Shown here: positions 12,142-22,800 of the stretch, one piece after another | How the letters are laid out: each line of letters starts with the position of its first letter | Position numbering within the stretch: the first letter of the stretch is position 1 | Translations under genes and position numbers: made by a program | The notes under the pieces: model-generated | What the model was told of the DNA's origin: nothing | The model's database searches: none | What the model saw: only the letters and a program-made list of their open reading frames with translations | Origin: Cyanophora paradoxa CCMP329 | Lineage: Eukaryota > Plantae > Glaucophyta | Direction: 5' to 3' | Assembly (NCBI GenBank): GCA_004431415.1 | Contig: QPMI01000241.1 | Coordinates: 1 to 64,000 of the forward strand | DNA: 64,000 nucleotides

Positions 12142-12978
12142 ATGGCAGAGGCACCCACACCAATAGAGCGAATTATAACACCACAGCTATCATTAGCTGC
12201 CCCAGCAAACCATGTTCTACAGCATGCTACCTTTGATGATGTAGAGGGTCTCCAATCGACAGAGGTCCAACCTACAATGAACACCTTTGGTTCCACCCAT
12301 AAACTGAGATTACAGGAACTCAGATGTGATAAAAATAATGGAATAGTTAAGACAACTAAGCTACTTGTCACAAATGCAAACTTTTCTGCTCATTATGGAG
12401 ACCCAGATAGCTATGGAGATCCTCTGTCTACTTATTCTTTTGAATCTAGGTCGGGAGCTATTAACTGCAAATCGGGGGGAGCTTATATTGGTGATGGTCT
12501 TAGGGTTGGTGGGGCTGTTGGAGCGCCTCTATTTGTGAATGATCAACCCAATCCCATTGATCCCAACACAAGAATTCGAACCTATGTCCCCAGCATGAAT
12601 GCCCCATACATTATAAAGATATTCCCAATTGTTGTGAATGAACAAACAGCAGTAGTAGACTCTCTTGTTGAAATTGGTGACCACTACAAGGTAGTTGTGG
12701 ATATCCCACCAGATGTTTATGCTGTTTGTCAAGTTGAAGGTGGAACTCCCAACTTTGCAGTAGTGATCACCCCATATGATAATTTTGGAATTGCTTATCA
12801 TGGAGTCAATTTCGGTTTGGAAGACTATCAGTTTCTGGTTAGAGCCACCAAGTTTGGTATCTACAAGTGTGTGATGTTTGCAGAGAGAACCGATTTTATT
12901 GCAAAGCAGAATACCTATGCTGAATACTATGGGACAAATCGATATTTCCCCATTTTTGGGCAGGATACTGCTCCATAA
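12142..12978 (+). CDS. Viral protein, paralog B (possible fibre/virion protein)
   Basis: Intact 278-aa ORF with N-terminal half clearly homologous to 11273-12118. Confidence 0.75.
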   Translation: MAEAPTPIERIITPQLSLAAPANHVLQHATFDDVEGLQSTEVQPTMNTFGSTHKLRLQELRCDKNNGIVKTTKLLVTNANFSAHYGDPDSYGDPLSTYSFESRSGAINCKSGGAYIGDGLRVGGAVGAPLFVNDQPNPIDPNTRIRTYVPSMNAPYIIKIFPIVVNEQTAVVDSLVEIGDHYKVVVDIPPDVYAVCQVEGGTPNFAVVITPYDNFGIAYHGVNFGLEDYQFLVRATKFGIYKCVMFAERTDFIAKQNTYAEYYGTNRYFPIFGQDTAP

Positions 12979-13000
12979 GAATATTGGTTATATATAGAGT

Positions 13001-13273
13001 ATGGATAGTAAAACAAAAAAGTTTATTGATGCTGCTATGTCAGTCCATGGTAAAGATAAATTCGATTACAGTGAGACACATTACATCAAAGCTCAAGAGA
13101 AAGTATCTGTTAGATGTTTGCAGTGTAATAAGGTAATCCTTACCTATCCCTTTAATCATGTGAAGGGATCAGGGTGTAGGGAATGCAACAAAAAGCACTC
13201 TCAGGCTTACAGGAAAAGGGCTACTTCATCAATAACAGTGGAATATAGGGATGTTTGCATTAGGTTCGATTAG
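13001..13273 (+). CDS. DUF723-like zinc-ribbon protein (homing-endonuclease-associated repeat, no nuclease domain)
   Basis: FIDAAMSVHGKDKFDYSETHY...KVSVRCxxC...PFNHVKGSGCREC pattern. Confidence 0.7.
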   Translation: MDSKTKKFIDAAMSVHGKDKFDYSETHYIKAQEKVSVRCLQCNKVILTYPFNHVKGSGCRECNKKHSQAYRKRATSSITVEYRDVCIRFD

Positions 13274-13302
13274 GTTTAATTAATTTTTCTAAGGTATTCT
13301 TA

Positions 13303-13701
13303 ATGGAGACTCAATACAGAGGCTTTCATGTTATGCTTGATTACAAAGCTAAATCAGCTATTGCAACAGGACATGAGCATGTTAGCTTCCTAGGTAATTG
13401 GATTATGGGAACCCTTGAACAAGCTATATTGAGACAAGGTATTAGGATTGTTCATAAACACTGTGAAATATTTGATGGCAAAGTATCACCTCCTGGTTTT
13501 GCATTGGTTCTGCTATTAGATGAAAGCCATTGCACAGCTCATTGTTATTCCAATGAAGGCATGTTAGCAATTGATATATTCAGTTGTGGTAAAGAAGCTC
13601 AGCATAAAACACAAGCAGTTGCAGATGAGATCGATAAAACAATGAATTTCCTCACATTTGAGAAGACTGAGAGACATAAACATGATAGATTCCCGTTTTG
13701 A
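13303..13701 (+). CDS. speD: Prokaryotic-type pyruvoyl S-adenosylmethionine decarboxylase proenzyme (SpeD/SpeH family)
   Basis: 132 aa; GFHVMLD...PPGFALVLLLDESHCTAHCYSNEGMLAIDIFSCG contains the ESH self-cleavage site and the DIFSCG motif. Confidence 0.88.
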   Translation: METQYRGFHVMLDYKAKSAIATGHEHVSFLGNWIMGTLEQAILRQGIRIVHKHCEIFDGKVSPPGFALVLLLDESHCTAHCYSNEGMLAIDIFSCGKEAQHKTQAVADEIDKTMNFLTFEKTERHKHDRFPF

Positions 13702-13976
13702 TGAGTTTCTATTATGGTGATCAGGGTGATTTACCTTTTTTATTACAATGGCAATCGTTAAAAAAGGATATAATATATCCTTTCCTACAATAGCTTTCTA
13801 CAATGATTTTCTTTCTACAGTAGCTTTTGTTACAATAGAATTCTACTGTATGATGTAGCCGAAATATGAATGCACCCTACATTAAGCAATGTCAAGTATT
13901 TCGAATACTATTCGATTTCCTTACAATAACACTCAGCATCTCCCCTAGATTCCCCCTATTATATTATATTTATATT

Positions 13977-14693
13977 TAAGTGGACTCAAGGTTGACTCAT
14001 ATTAATCGTAAAAGTAGTAATAGTATATGGATTTTGTTACGAATTCAATGCAAGGGTTGACTAAGTGGGTTGAGTTGACTCAAATTTCACAGGAAATATT
14101 TGGGACCTAAAGTTTTCTAAAAAGGATTTGAAAAAATGTGTCAACTCCCCCCACTTAGTCAACCCTGACCATAAACAGTAAGGATTTGAGCTAACAAGTA
14201 TCACAAAGTGAACATTTTGAGTCCACTTAGAAGATCCACCTAACAATTTAGAGTCAAATTTACTTGGGAATTCGATTTGTATGAAAAAGTGAGTCCACCC
14301 TGACCATATTCAATAAGCATTCCTCTTAATCCCCTTGTTTATATTTACATTGATTAATATTTAATACTAAGTGGACTCATGGTTGATTCATATTAATCGT
14401 AAAAGGAGTAAATGTATATAAAAATGTGACCATTTCAATGCTAAGGTTGACTAAGTGGGTTGAGTTGACTCAAATTTCAGAGGAAATTTTGAGATCCAAA
14501 GAATATTCTATAAAAGATTTTGAAAAATGTGTCAACTCCCCCACTTAGTCAACCCTGACCATATACAGTAAGCATAAGAACTTAAATGTATCACAAAGTG
14601 AACATTATGAGTCCACTTAGAAGATCCACTTTTGAAATATAAGTTGATTTTGCTTGAAATTTCAAAGTTGATCTAAAAGTGAGTCCACCCTGA
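13977..14693. repeat. Two diverged ~325-bp direct repeats (period ~390 bp) with internal inverted repeats, viral subterminal region
   Basis: Copies at 13977-14303 and 14368-14693. Copy 1 has AGGGTTGACTAAGTGGG (14053-14069) and its reverse complement (14150-14166); copy 2 has a near-identical pair. Confidence 0.85.
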
Positions 14694-15081
14694 TTGATTA
14701 TGGTAACAAAGTTGACTAAGTTGACTAAGTTGAGTCATCTTAAGAAATTCAAGGAGACTAAGAGTTCAAAATGTTTATGAAAAGTGAGTCAACTTAGACC
14801 ACTTATGGTAACAAAGTTAAATATTTAATTGATTTAATAGGAAAAGAACATGATTTAATCGAATTTATTGATATAATTCCGATTAGATTCATTTAGGATT
14901 CAATTAAGATTAATCGAAGTTATAGATATAATTCCGATTAACTACAATTAAGATACAATATCGATTAATCGAGTTTATCGATATAAAATCGATTAAATTA
15001 ATTGAAAATGCATTTAAAAATATGAAAATTCATGTGAAAATTCAAATAAATTAATCGATTTTATTGATATAACATCGAATC

Positions 15082-15154
15082 ACACATATGAATATTCATA
15101 TTTTAATCCTGAGGCGGAACGCCGAGGGATTAAAATATGAATATTCATATGTGT
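15082..15154. repeat. Terminal hairpin of the virus (28-bp perfect arms, each with an internal 16-bp palindrome)
   Basis: ACACATATGAATATTCATATTTTAATCC (15082-15109) is the exact reverse complement of 15127-15154. The spacer contains GGCG-GAA-CGCC. Confidence 0.92.
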
Positions 15155-18100
15155 CTCAGCGTCTCTTGTCTACTTCTCGGGAAGCGCGACAGGCTCTCCC
15201 GTTACGACAACAACTGGAGCCTCGTCAACCCTTACTTCTTCAGGAACAGTAACTGTAGAGTCCTTGTACGGTCTGTGACCGCCATTTGATCCACTGGTGA
15301 CGCCCCGGAGCCCTTTTCACTCTGCGCGCAGCCAAGTCGGTGGCGACGCCGTCGGTGGCGGTCTCGTTGAGCGGGGCGACGGCGGTTTCGGCGGCAGTGT
15401 CCTGGAGCACGACGGGGGCGTCGAGCAGGGAGCCAACGTACGCGAACGTGACCGTGAGCTGCTCGAGCGACGGCGCGGCGGGCTCTGCGTCGACGGCGGC
15501 GGTGACGTCGGGCGCGGGGACGGGCTCGGCCACTGTGGAGGTCAGCGCGGGCTCCGGGACGTGGGATACGGCGTCGCACGTGACGAGCTGCGCGGCGACG
15601 GTGTACTACTCGTACGCGGGGGCGGCGTCGAGCGCCACAGCGTACTCGACGGGTGCGCGGGCGGGGCGGGCGAGAGGCCAGGGGCGGGGGCTGATGCGGG
15701 GCGCGGGGCGCAGTGGACGCAAAGACGGTGGCGAGCGTGGCGGTGGGGACGCCGACCCCGGAGTCGACGACGTCGGTGACGGTGCCCGTGACCTGGGCGC
15801 TGTCGGCGGCGGGGTACAGCGGGAGCGGCGTGGCGCCGACGTACGGGGCGCTGGAGGTGAGCTGCTCTGGGCGGGCGTGACGCGGACGGGCTCGCTGGCG
15901 AGCGGCGCGATCGCGGCGGGGGCGACGAGCGCCGACGTGACGGTCTCGGGCTCCCCGAGATGAGCGCCTCGTACGAGATCACGTGCAGCGGCGCGAAGCT
16001 GACGGCGAACGCTGGAACCGTGACGGGCGCGGCGCCGACCTTCACGCCAGGCGCGCGGCGACCACGGCGAGCTCGAACTCGGGGACGGTGGACTCGCTGT
16101 TCGGTGCGCAAGCCCGGGGTCGGAATAGAGCCGCGGGGCGCCTCGCTGGGGCCCTGACCCGCGCTCGCAGCCAAGTCGGTGGCGACGCCGTCGGTGGCCG
16201 TCTCGTTGAGCGGGGCGACGGCGGTTTTGGCGGCAGTGTCCTGGAGCACGACGGGGGCGTCGAGCAGGGAGCCAACGTACGCGAACGTGACCGTGAGCTG
16301 CTCGAGCGACGGCGCGGCGGGCTCTGCGTCGACGGCGGCGGTGACGTCGGGCGCGGGGACGGGCTCGGCCACTGTGGAGGTCAGCGCGGGCTCCGGACGT
16401 GGGATACGGCGTCGCACGTGACGAGCTGCGCGGCGACGGTGTACTACTCGTACGCGGGGGCGGCGTCGAGCGCCACAGCGTACTCGACGGGTGCGCGGGG
16501 CGGGGCGGGCGAGGGGCCAGGGGCGGGGCTGATGCGGGGGCGCGGGGCGCAGTGGACGCAAAGACGGTGGCGAGCGTGGCGGTGGGGACGCCGACCCCGG
16601 AGTCGACGACGTCGGTGACGGTGCCCGTGACCTGGGCGCTGTCGGCGGCGGGGTACAGCGGGAGCGGCGTGGCGCCGACGTACGGGGCGCTGGAGGTGAG
16701 CTGCTCTGGGGCGGGCGTGACGCGGACGGGCTCGCTGGCGAGCGGCGCGATCGCGGCGGGGGCGACGAGCGCCGACGTGACGGTCTCGGGGCTCCCCGAG
16801 ATGAGCGCCTCGTACGAGATCACGTGCAGCGGCGCGAAGCTGACGGCGAACGCTGGAACCGTGACGGGCGCGGCGCCGACCTTCACGCCAGGCGCGGCGG
16901 CGACCACGGCGAGCTCGAACTCGGGGACGGTGGACTCGCTGTTCGGTGCGCAAGCCCGGGGTCGGAATAGAGCCGCGGGGCGCCTCGCTGGGGGCCCTGA
17001 CCCGCGCTCGCAGCCAAGTCGGTGGCGACGCCGTCGGTGGCCGTCTCGTTGAGCGGGGCGACGGCGGTTTTGGCGGCAGTGTCCTGGAGCACGACGGGGG
17101 CGTCGAGCAGGGAGCCAACGTACGCGAACGTGACCGTGAGCTGCTCGAGCGACGGCGCGGCGGGCTCTGCGTCGACGGCGGCGGTGACGTCGGGCGCGGG
17201 GACGGGCTCGGCCACTGTGGAGGTCAGCGCGGGCTCCGGGACGTGGGATACGGCGTCGCACGTGACGAGCTGCGCGGCGACGGTGTACTACTCGTACGCG
17301 GGGGCGGCGTCGAGCGCCACAGCGTACTCGACGGGTGCGCGGGGCGGGGCGGGCGAGGGGCCAGGGGCGGGGGCTGATGCGAGGGCGCGGGGCGCAGTGG
17401 ACGCAAAGACGGTGGCGAGCGTGGCGGTGGGGACGCCAACCCCGGCGTCGACGACGTCGGTGACGGTGCCCGTGACCTGGGCGCTGTCGGCGGCGGGGTA
17501 CAGCGGGAGCGGCGTGGCGCCGACGTACGGGGCGCTGGAGGTGAGCTGCTCTGGGGCGGGCGTGACGCGGACGGGCTCGCTGGCGAGCGGCGCGATCGCG
17601 GCGGGGGCGACGAGCGCCGACGTGACGGTCTCGGGGCTCCCCGAGATGAGCGCCTCGTACGAGATCACGTGCAGCGGCGCGAAGCTGACGGCGAACGCTG
17701 GAACCGTGACGGGCGCGGCGCCGACCTTCACGCCAGGCGCGGCGGCGACCACGGCGAGCTCGAACTCGGAGACGGTGGACTCGCTGTTCGGTGCGCAAGC
17801 CCGGGGTCGGAATAGAGCCGCGGGGCGCCTCGCTGGGGGCCCTGACCCGCGCTCGCAGCCAAGTCGGTGGCGACGCCGTCGGTGGCCGTCTCGTTGAGCG
17901 GGGCGACGGCGGTTTCGGCGGCAGTGTCCTGGAGCACGACGGGGGCGTCGAGCAGGGAGCCAACGTACGCGAACGTGACCGTGAGCTGCTCGAGCGACGG
18001 CGCGGCGGGCTCTGCGTCGACGGCGGCGGTGACGTCGGGCGCGGGGACGGGCTCGGCCACTGTGGAGGTCAGCGCGGGCTCCGGGACGTGGGATACGGCG

Positions 18101-19851
18101 TCGCACGTGACGAGCTGCGCGGCGACGGTGTACTACTCGTACGCGGGGGCGGCGTCGAGCGCCACAGCGTACTCGACGGGTGCGCGGGGCGGGGCGGGCG
18201 AGGGGCCAGGGGCGGGGGCTGATGCGGGGCGCGGGGCGCAGTGGACGCAAAGACGGTGGCGAGCGTGGCGGTGGGGACGCCGACCCCGGAGTCGACGACG
18301 TCGGTGACGGTGCCCGTGACCTGGGCGCTGTCGGCGGCGGGGTACAGCGGGAGCGGCGTGGCGCCGACGTACGGGGCGCTGGAGGTGAGCTGCTCTGGGG
18401 CGGGCGTGACGCGGACGGGCTCGCTGGCGAGCGGCGCGATCGCGGCGGGGGCGACGAGCGCCGACGTGACGGTCTCGGGGCTCCCCGAGATGAGCGCCTC
18501 GTACGAGATCACGTGCAGCGGCGCGAAGCTGACGGCGAACGCTGGAACCGTGACGGGCGCGGCGCCGACCTTCACGCCAGGCGCGGCGGCGACCACGGCG
18601 AGCTCGAACTCGGGGACGGTGGACTCGCTGTTCGGTGCGCACGCCCGGGGTCGGAATAGAGCCGCGGGGCGCCTCGCTGGGGGCCCTGACCCGCGCTCGC
18701 AGCCAAGTCGGTGGCGACGCCGTCGGTGGCCGTCTCGTTGAGCGGGGCGACGGCGGTTTCGGCGGCAGTGTCCTGGAGCACGACGGGGGCGTCGAGCAGG
18801 GAGCCAACGTACGCGAACGTGACCGTGAGCTGCTCGAGCGACGGCGCGGCGGGCTCTGCGTCGACGGCGGCGGTGACGTCGGGCGCGGGGACGGGCTCGG
18901 CCACTGTGGAGGTCAGCGCGGGCTCCGGGACGTGGGATACGGCGTCGCACGTGACGAGCTGCGCGGCGACGGTGTACTACTCGTACGCGGGGGCGGCGTC
19001 GAGCGCCACAGCGTACTCGACGGGTGCGCGGGGCGGGGCGGGCGAGGGCCAGGGGCGGGGGCTGATGCGGGGGCGCGGGGCGCAGTGGACGCAAAGACGG
19101 TGGCGAGCGTGGCGGTGGGGACGCCGACCCCGGAGTCGACGACGTCGGTGACGGTGCCCGTGACCTGGGCGCTGTCGGCGGCGGGGTACAGCGGGAGCGG
19201 CGTGGCGCCGACGTACGGGGCGCTGGAGGTGAGCTGCTCTGGGGCGGGCGTGACGCGGACGTACCCCGGCACTTTTGGCTCACCCACGCATTGCGTCGAA
19301 ATTTGAGTCATTTTTCGACGCAGTGCTCCGAAATTTCACGCAATGCTTGAAAATGCGTCGGGGTTTCAAGCAGCGCTTGAAACCCCACGCAGTGCGACGC
19401 AGCTGCCCGAAACTTCGAAGCACCGCGACTGCGCCAAATTCCCACTGCGTCTGGCTGCGTCGAGCGATGCAGCCTCAGGGCCTGGCAGCGCTAGCAGGCG
19501 CTATAGCTAGTACTAGTAGCTCGTAACCCATGCGGATTGCGGATTCAATGATTGCAGCGCGCGCGCTCGGGATCCACTGGGGCAGATCCGAGTGCGCGGG
19601 CGGATTGCAGCGCGCGCGCGGCTGTACCAGTACCGCAGTACTAGTATATACGTACGTGCATGCTTAGTTTGCTCGCGCTTCTGGCCGCTGGGCCGCGGCC
19701 GGGCCACAGCGGCGACAGGCCCGTGGCCAGCTATTGTGAATCTGTGGCATGCGCTGTTCATAAAAAGATGATGAACTGGAAGTATACAGGCTGTCCGGGA
19801 TCCGAAATCTATCACACGCACCAGCCCCTGAAGCCCGAATCCGAGCGCTAG

Positions 19852-22800
19852 CTAGTTGCCGAGAAAACGAAAACTAACTGCAATCAGCTGCCGAACAGCG
19901 GGAAGTGCTGCTGTCCTGCCTGCAGCATCGTCCGCCGGCGGCACAGGCAGAATGCGCCCTCGCCGCACTCGCTGCGGCAAGTCACCGCGCTCGCTGCGCT
20001 CAGAATAAGCGGACTCCTAGCTTAAAGAGAGAAGTGGGAAGCAAGGGGACGTCTGCGCACCGAGGAGAGGGTAGCAGTCCCGCTTCCTCCGCATCCAGCA
20101 TCCCTTGCCCGTGCCCGACGTCGAAGGCAGAGCGCTCGCTGCGCACGGAGAGGAATGTCAATCTAATGAAAAGAGAATGCGCGCCGATTAACAGACCGCA
20201 CCTGCGGCCGAGCGCCCACACCATGGACTGGAAGAGCGCCTCCTCTGGCCAAAAGGGCGGAGGCGTTGATGGCGCTCGCCGCGCTGCGGCATCACGGTCA
20301 GCGCGCGGATCGAACGAAGATAAGCGAGTGGTGACCGGCAAACGGACCGCTGTGCACCACAGCAGGGTGAGTGAGCAGCAGGCCGGCTCGCGCCGCGTCC
20401 GGGCCGGTCCGGCATCCCTCGACCGCGATGCCGAAGCTGCGTTCGGAGCGTCAACCGAAAGAAGAGAAGAATGCGCGCCGGCAAACGACCGCACCTGCCG
20501 CACCTGCGCCCAGCGGCCGCAAGCACAAGAACTCCGAGGCCGCGGCCGTCCAGAAGCCACGCGTCCGAGAACGGCACCCGCTCCGCTGCGCACGCGGCCG
20601 GCGTCACAAAAACATCAACGCGAGAGTAGCGGAAACAAGAGCGAGCACCTGGCCTGCGGGAGAAGACGCTAGGCGAACTGGATGGTGGTGCTCTGCTCGC
20701 GCGGGCCAGTCACCCCGTTCCCTGGACCGCCAGCGGAATGAGGGATTGGGGCAAAGGAGATGAAACGAAAAAGCACCTTGCTTCGCATCGGCAGCCGCCT
20801 TCTCCTTTTTGCGCGAGCCGACCAAAAGAAGGAACACTTGGCGGCGGCGGCCGGGCTAAGAATGCAGATCAAGGGCGCTTGAAGAGGCAAGAACGACGCG
20901 TACACGAGCGCTCTTCGCCACGAGCGGGCGCCCGCCGCCCTGGGGCAGCGCTCTGCTTTTGAAATCAGGCCGGCGACAGGCGGGGACGCGAGAGGATGCA
21001 AGTAGGCACCTTCGAACGTCGTTCGCGCTCGAGGCTCGTCAAGTTCGCGGCAGCTGTGCGGACTCCGTTTGACCTGTTTGAAATTGTGGAGTAAGGGAGA
21101 CCAGGATGCGCTGCGGTGGAGAGCCCAGCGCCGACGCACCGAGATTGCATTGCGTCCCGTGCTGGAGGCCGCAGCCAGTTCTTGCCCTGCGTGCTCTTCA
21201 AAGTGCAAGGCCGGAATTCGGGGTACACAGCTGTTGGGCGAAAGCGGCAGCGACACCAACAGCGATATCGATCGAGGATGCTTGAGGTTGCCCTTCGGCT
21301 CAGCTTTCCGAGGAAGCCTGAGCGGTCCCATGCTCCTTCGCAGCTCGCTCGGCCGCGGTGCCGAGCACGTTGGCGGAAGCTCGCAGATGCGGCGCGCGGC
21401 CCTTTCGTTAGCTATAGCTAGGCGCATGTGGCCCGTGTTCTCGCAGCTGCATGTCTATGCCCTGGCGTGGCCGTGTTTCCGTGCGGCGCCGCGTTCACGG
21501 CCTGCCTTCCTCCCACAAACCGACGACGTGCGTCTATGCCGTGCCCTCCGCGTTCCACGCGTGACGTACAGCTCACTCGATTTCGCAGGGATCGCCGGCG
21601 GTGAGCCCCGTCGGCCCAGTTGGTTGGCCCTGCGCCCAAGCCGAGCCAAGGTGCGGCGGCCGCCTGGCCGGGAACGGGGGGACAGGCGAACTGCCGCACG
21701 CTTCTCGCTGTTGATCTCTCCTTCGTAGCGGGCGATGGAGTGCCTGCACGCCGCTGGCGGCGAGCGCGCCCTGCCGAGCGCGTCGCCATCGCCGGGGGTG
21801 GGCCACCGGACCATAGCTTTGCGTCAGCGGCGCGCGAACGCATGTCTCACGATTCTTGCTTGCGTTCCAGGCGCTGGATCGCGCGCGCCGTCTCCAGGCT
21901 CCGAATTCTGGACCCCTCTTCCACAGCTTGGTGAGGCTCAGGCCTAGACGAGGTGAGTTGAGCGGTCTGTGTGCGTACGCGTCGCTGACAAGGCGCTCCT
22001 GTCGCGCAGGATGATCGAGTCCCGGGGCGATGGTCGGAGGGAGCGGAGGGCGGCAGCATGGATTGCACGGCGGGGCGTAGGATCGGCGGGCGGCGGCCCG
22101 GGGCGCACGCCTCGCGCGCCGCCGGCTGCCCGCCCGCCCCGGCCCGCCCCGGCGCCGTCGCTTCGCCCGCCCCGGCGCCTTCGCCCCGCTCCGCCCCGTC
22201 GCTTTCGCCCCGCCCGCAGAGTCGGTGCGCCGTGCTGAGCGCCCTGCCGGCACAGCCCGGCCTGCCTGCTGCTGACGCCCTCGCAGCTCTCGAGGATTTT
22301 GAATTTTCGGGGCGTCCCGCTGCCGCGGGAGAGGATCTTCGAGCGCCCCGCCGCCCCGCCGTCCTCAGGGGACAGCGCCGGGGGTCGCGGAAGCTCAGCA
22401 GGCGGCGGCGCGGCTCACCTGGCGGGGCGGAGGCGCGGCGGGCGGCGGCACGGCTCGCCGGGAGGGGCGGCGGCGCGGCGGGCGGCGCGCAGCTCGCCGG
22501 GCGGGGCGAGGGTGCGGCGGGCGGCGGCGAAGCTCGGCGGGCGGGGCGCGGGAGCGGCGGGCGGCGGCGCGGCTCGCCAGGCGGGGCGGAGGCGCGGCGG
22601 GCGGCGCCGCGGCTCGCGGGGCGGGGCGGAGGCGCAGCGTGCTGCGGCCCGGCTCGCCGCACGGGGTGGAGGCGCGGCTGGCGGCGGCGCGGCTCGCCAG
22701 GGGGGCGGAGGCGCAGCAGGCGGACAGGACGGCAGGCGCGGCGGGCGGCGGCGTGGCTCGCGGGGCGCCGCGGTGGCGCGACGCGGCTTCGATTCGTGAT

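Larger units (their letters stand above)
1..15154. mobile_element. Endogenous dsDNA virus (Polinton-like / small NCLDV-related, double-jelly-roll capsid), right end; left part lies outside the window
   Basis: AT-rich, intronless, densely packed genes including MCP, two pentons and a fibre; repeat-rich non-coding terminus. Sharp switch to GC-rich spliced host DNA just after 15154. No polymerase, integrase or packaging ATPase in this window. Confidence 0.9.

Noticed and set aside
1-15154. Bacterial prophage or contaminant
   Set aside because: Despite the phage-like fibre and speD, the capsid and penton genes are of the eukaryotic DJR type, there is no consistent Shine-Dalgarno pattern, and the structured terminus joins precisely into a host exon.
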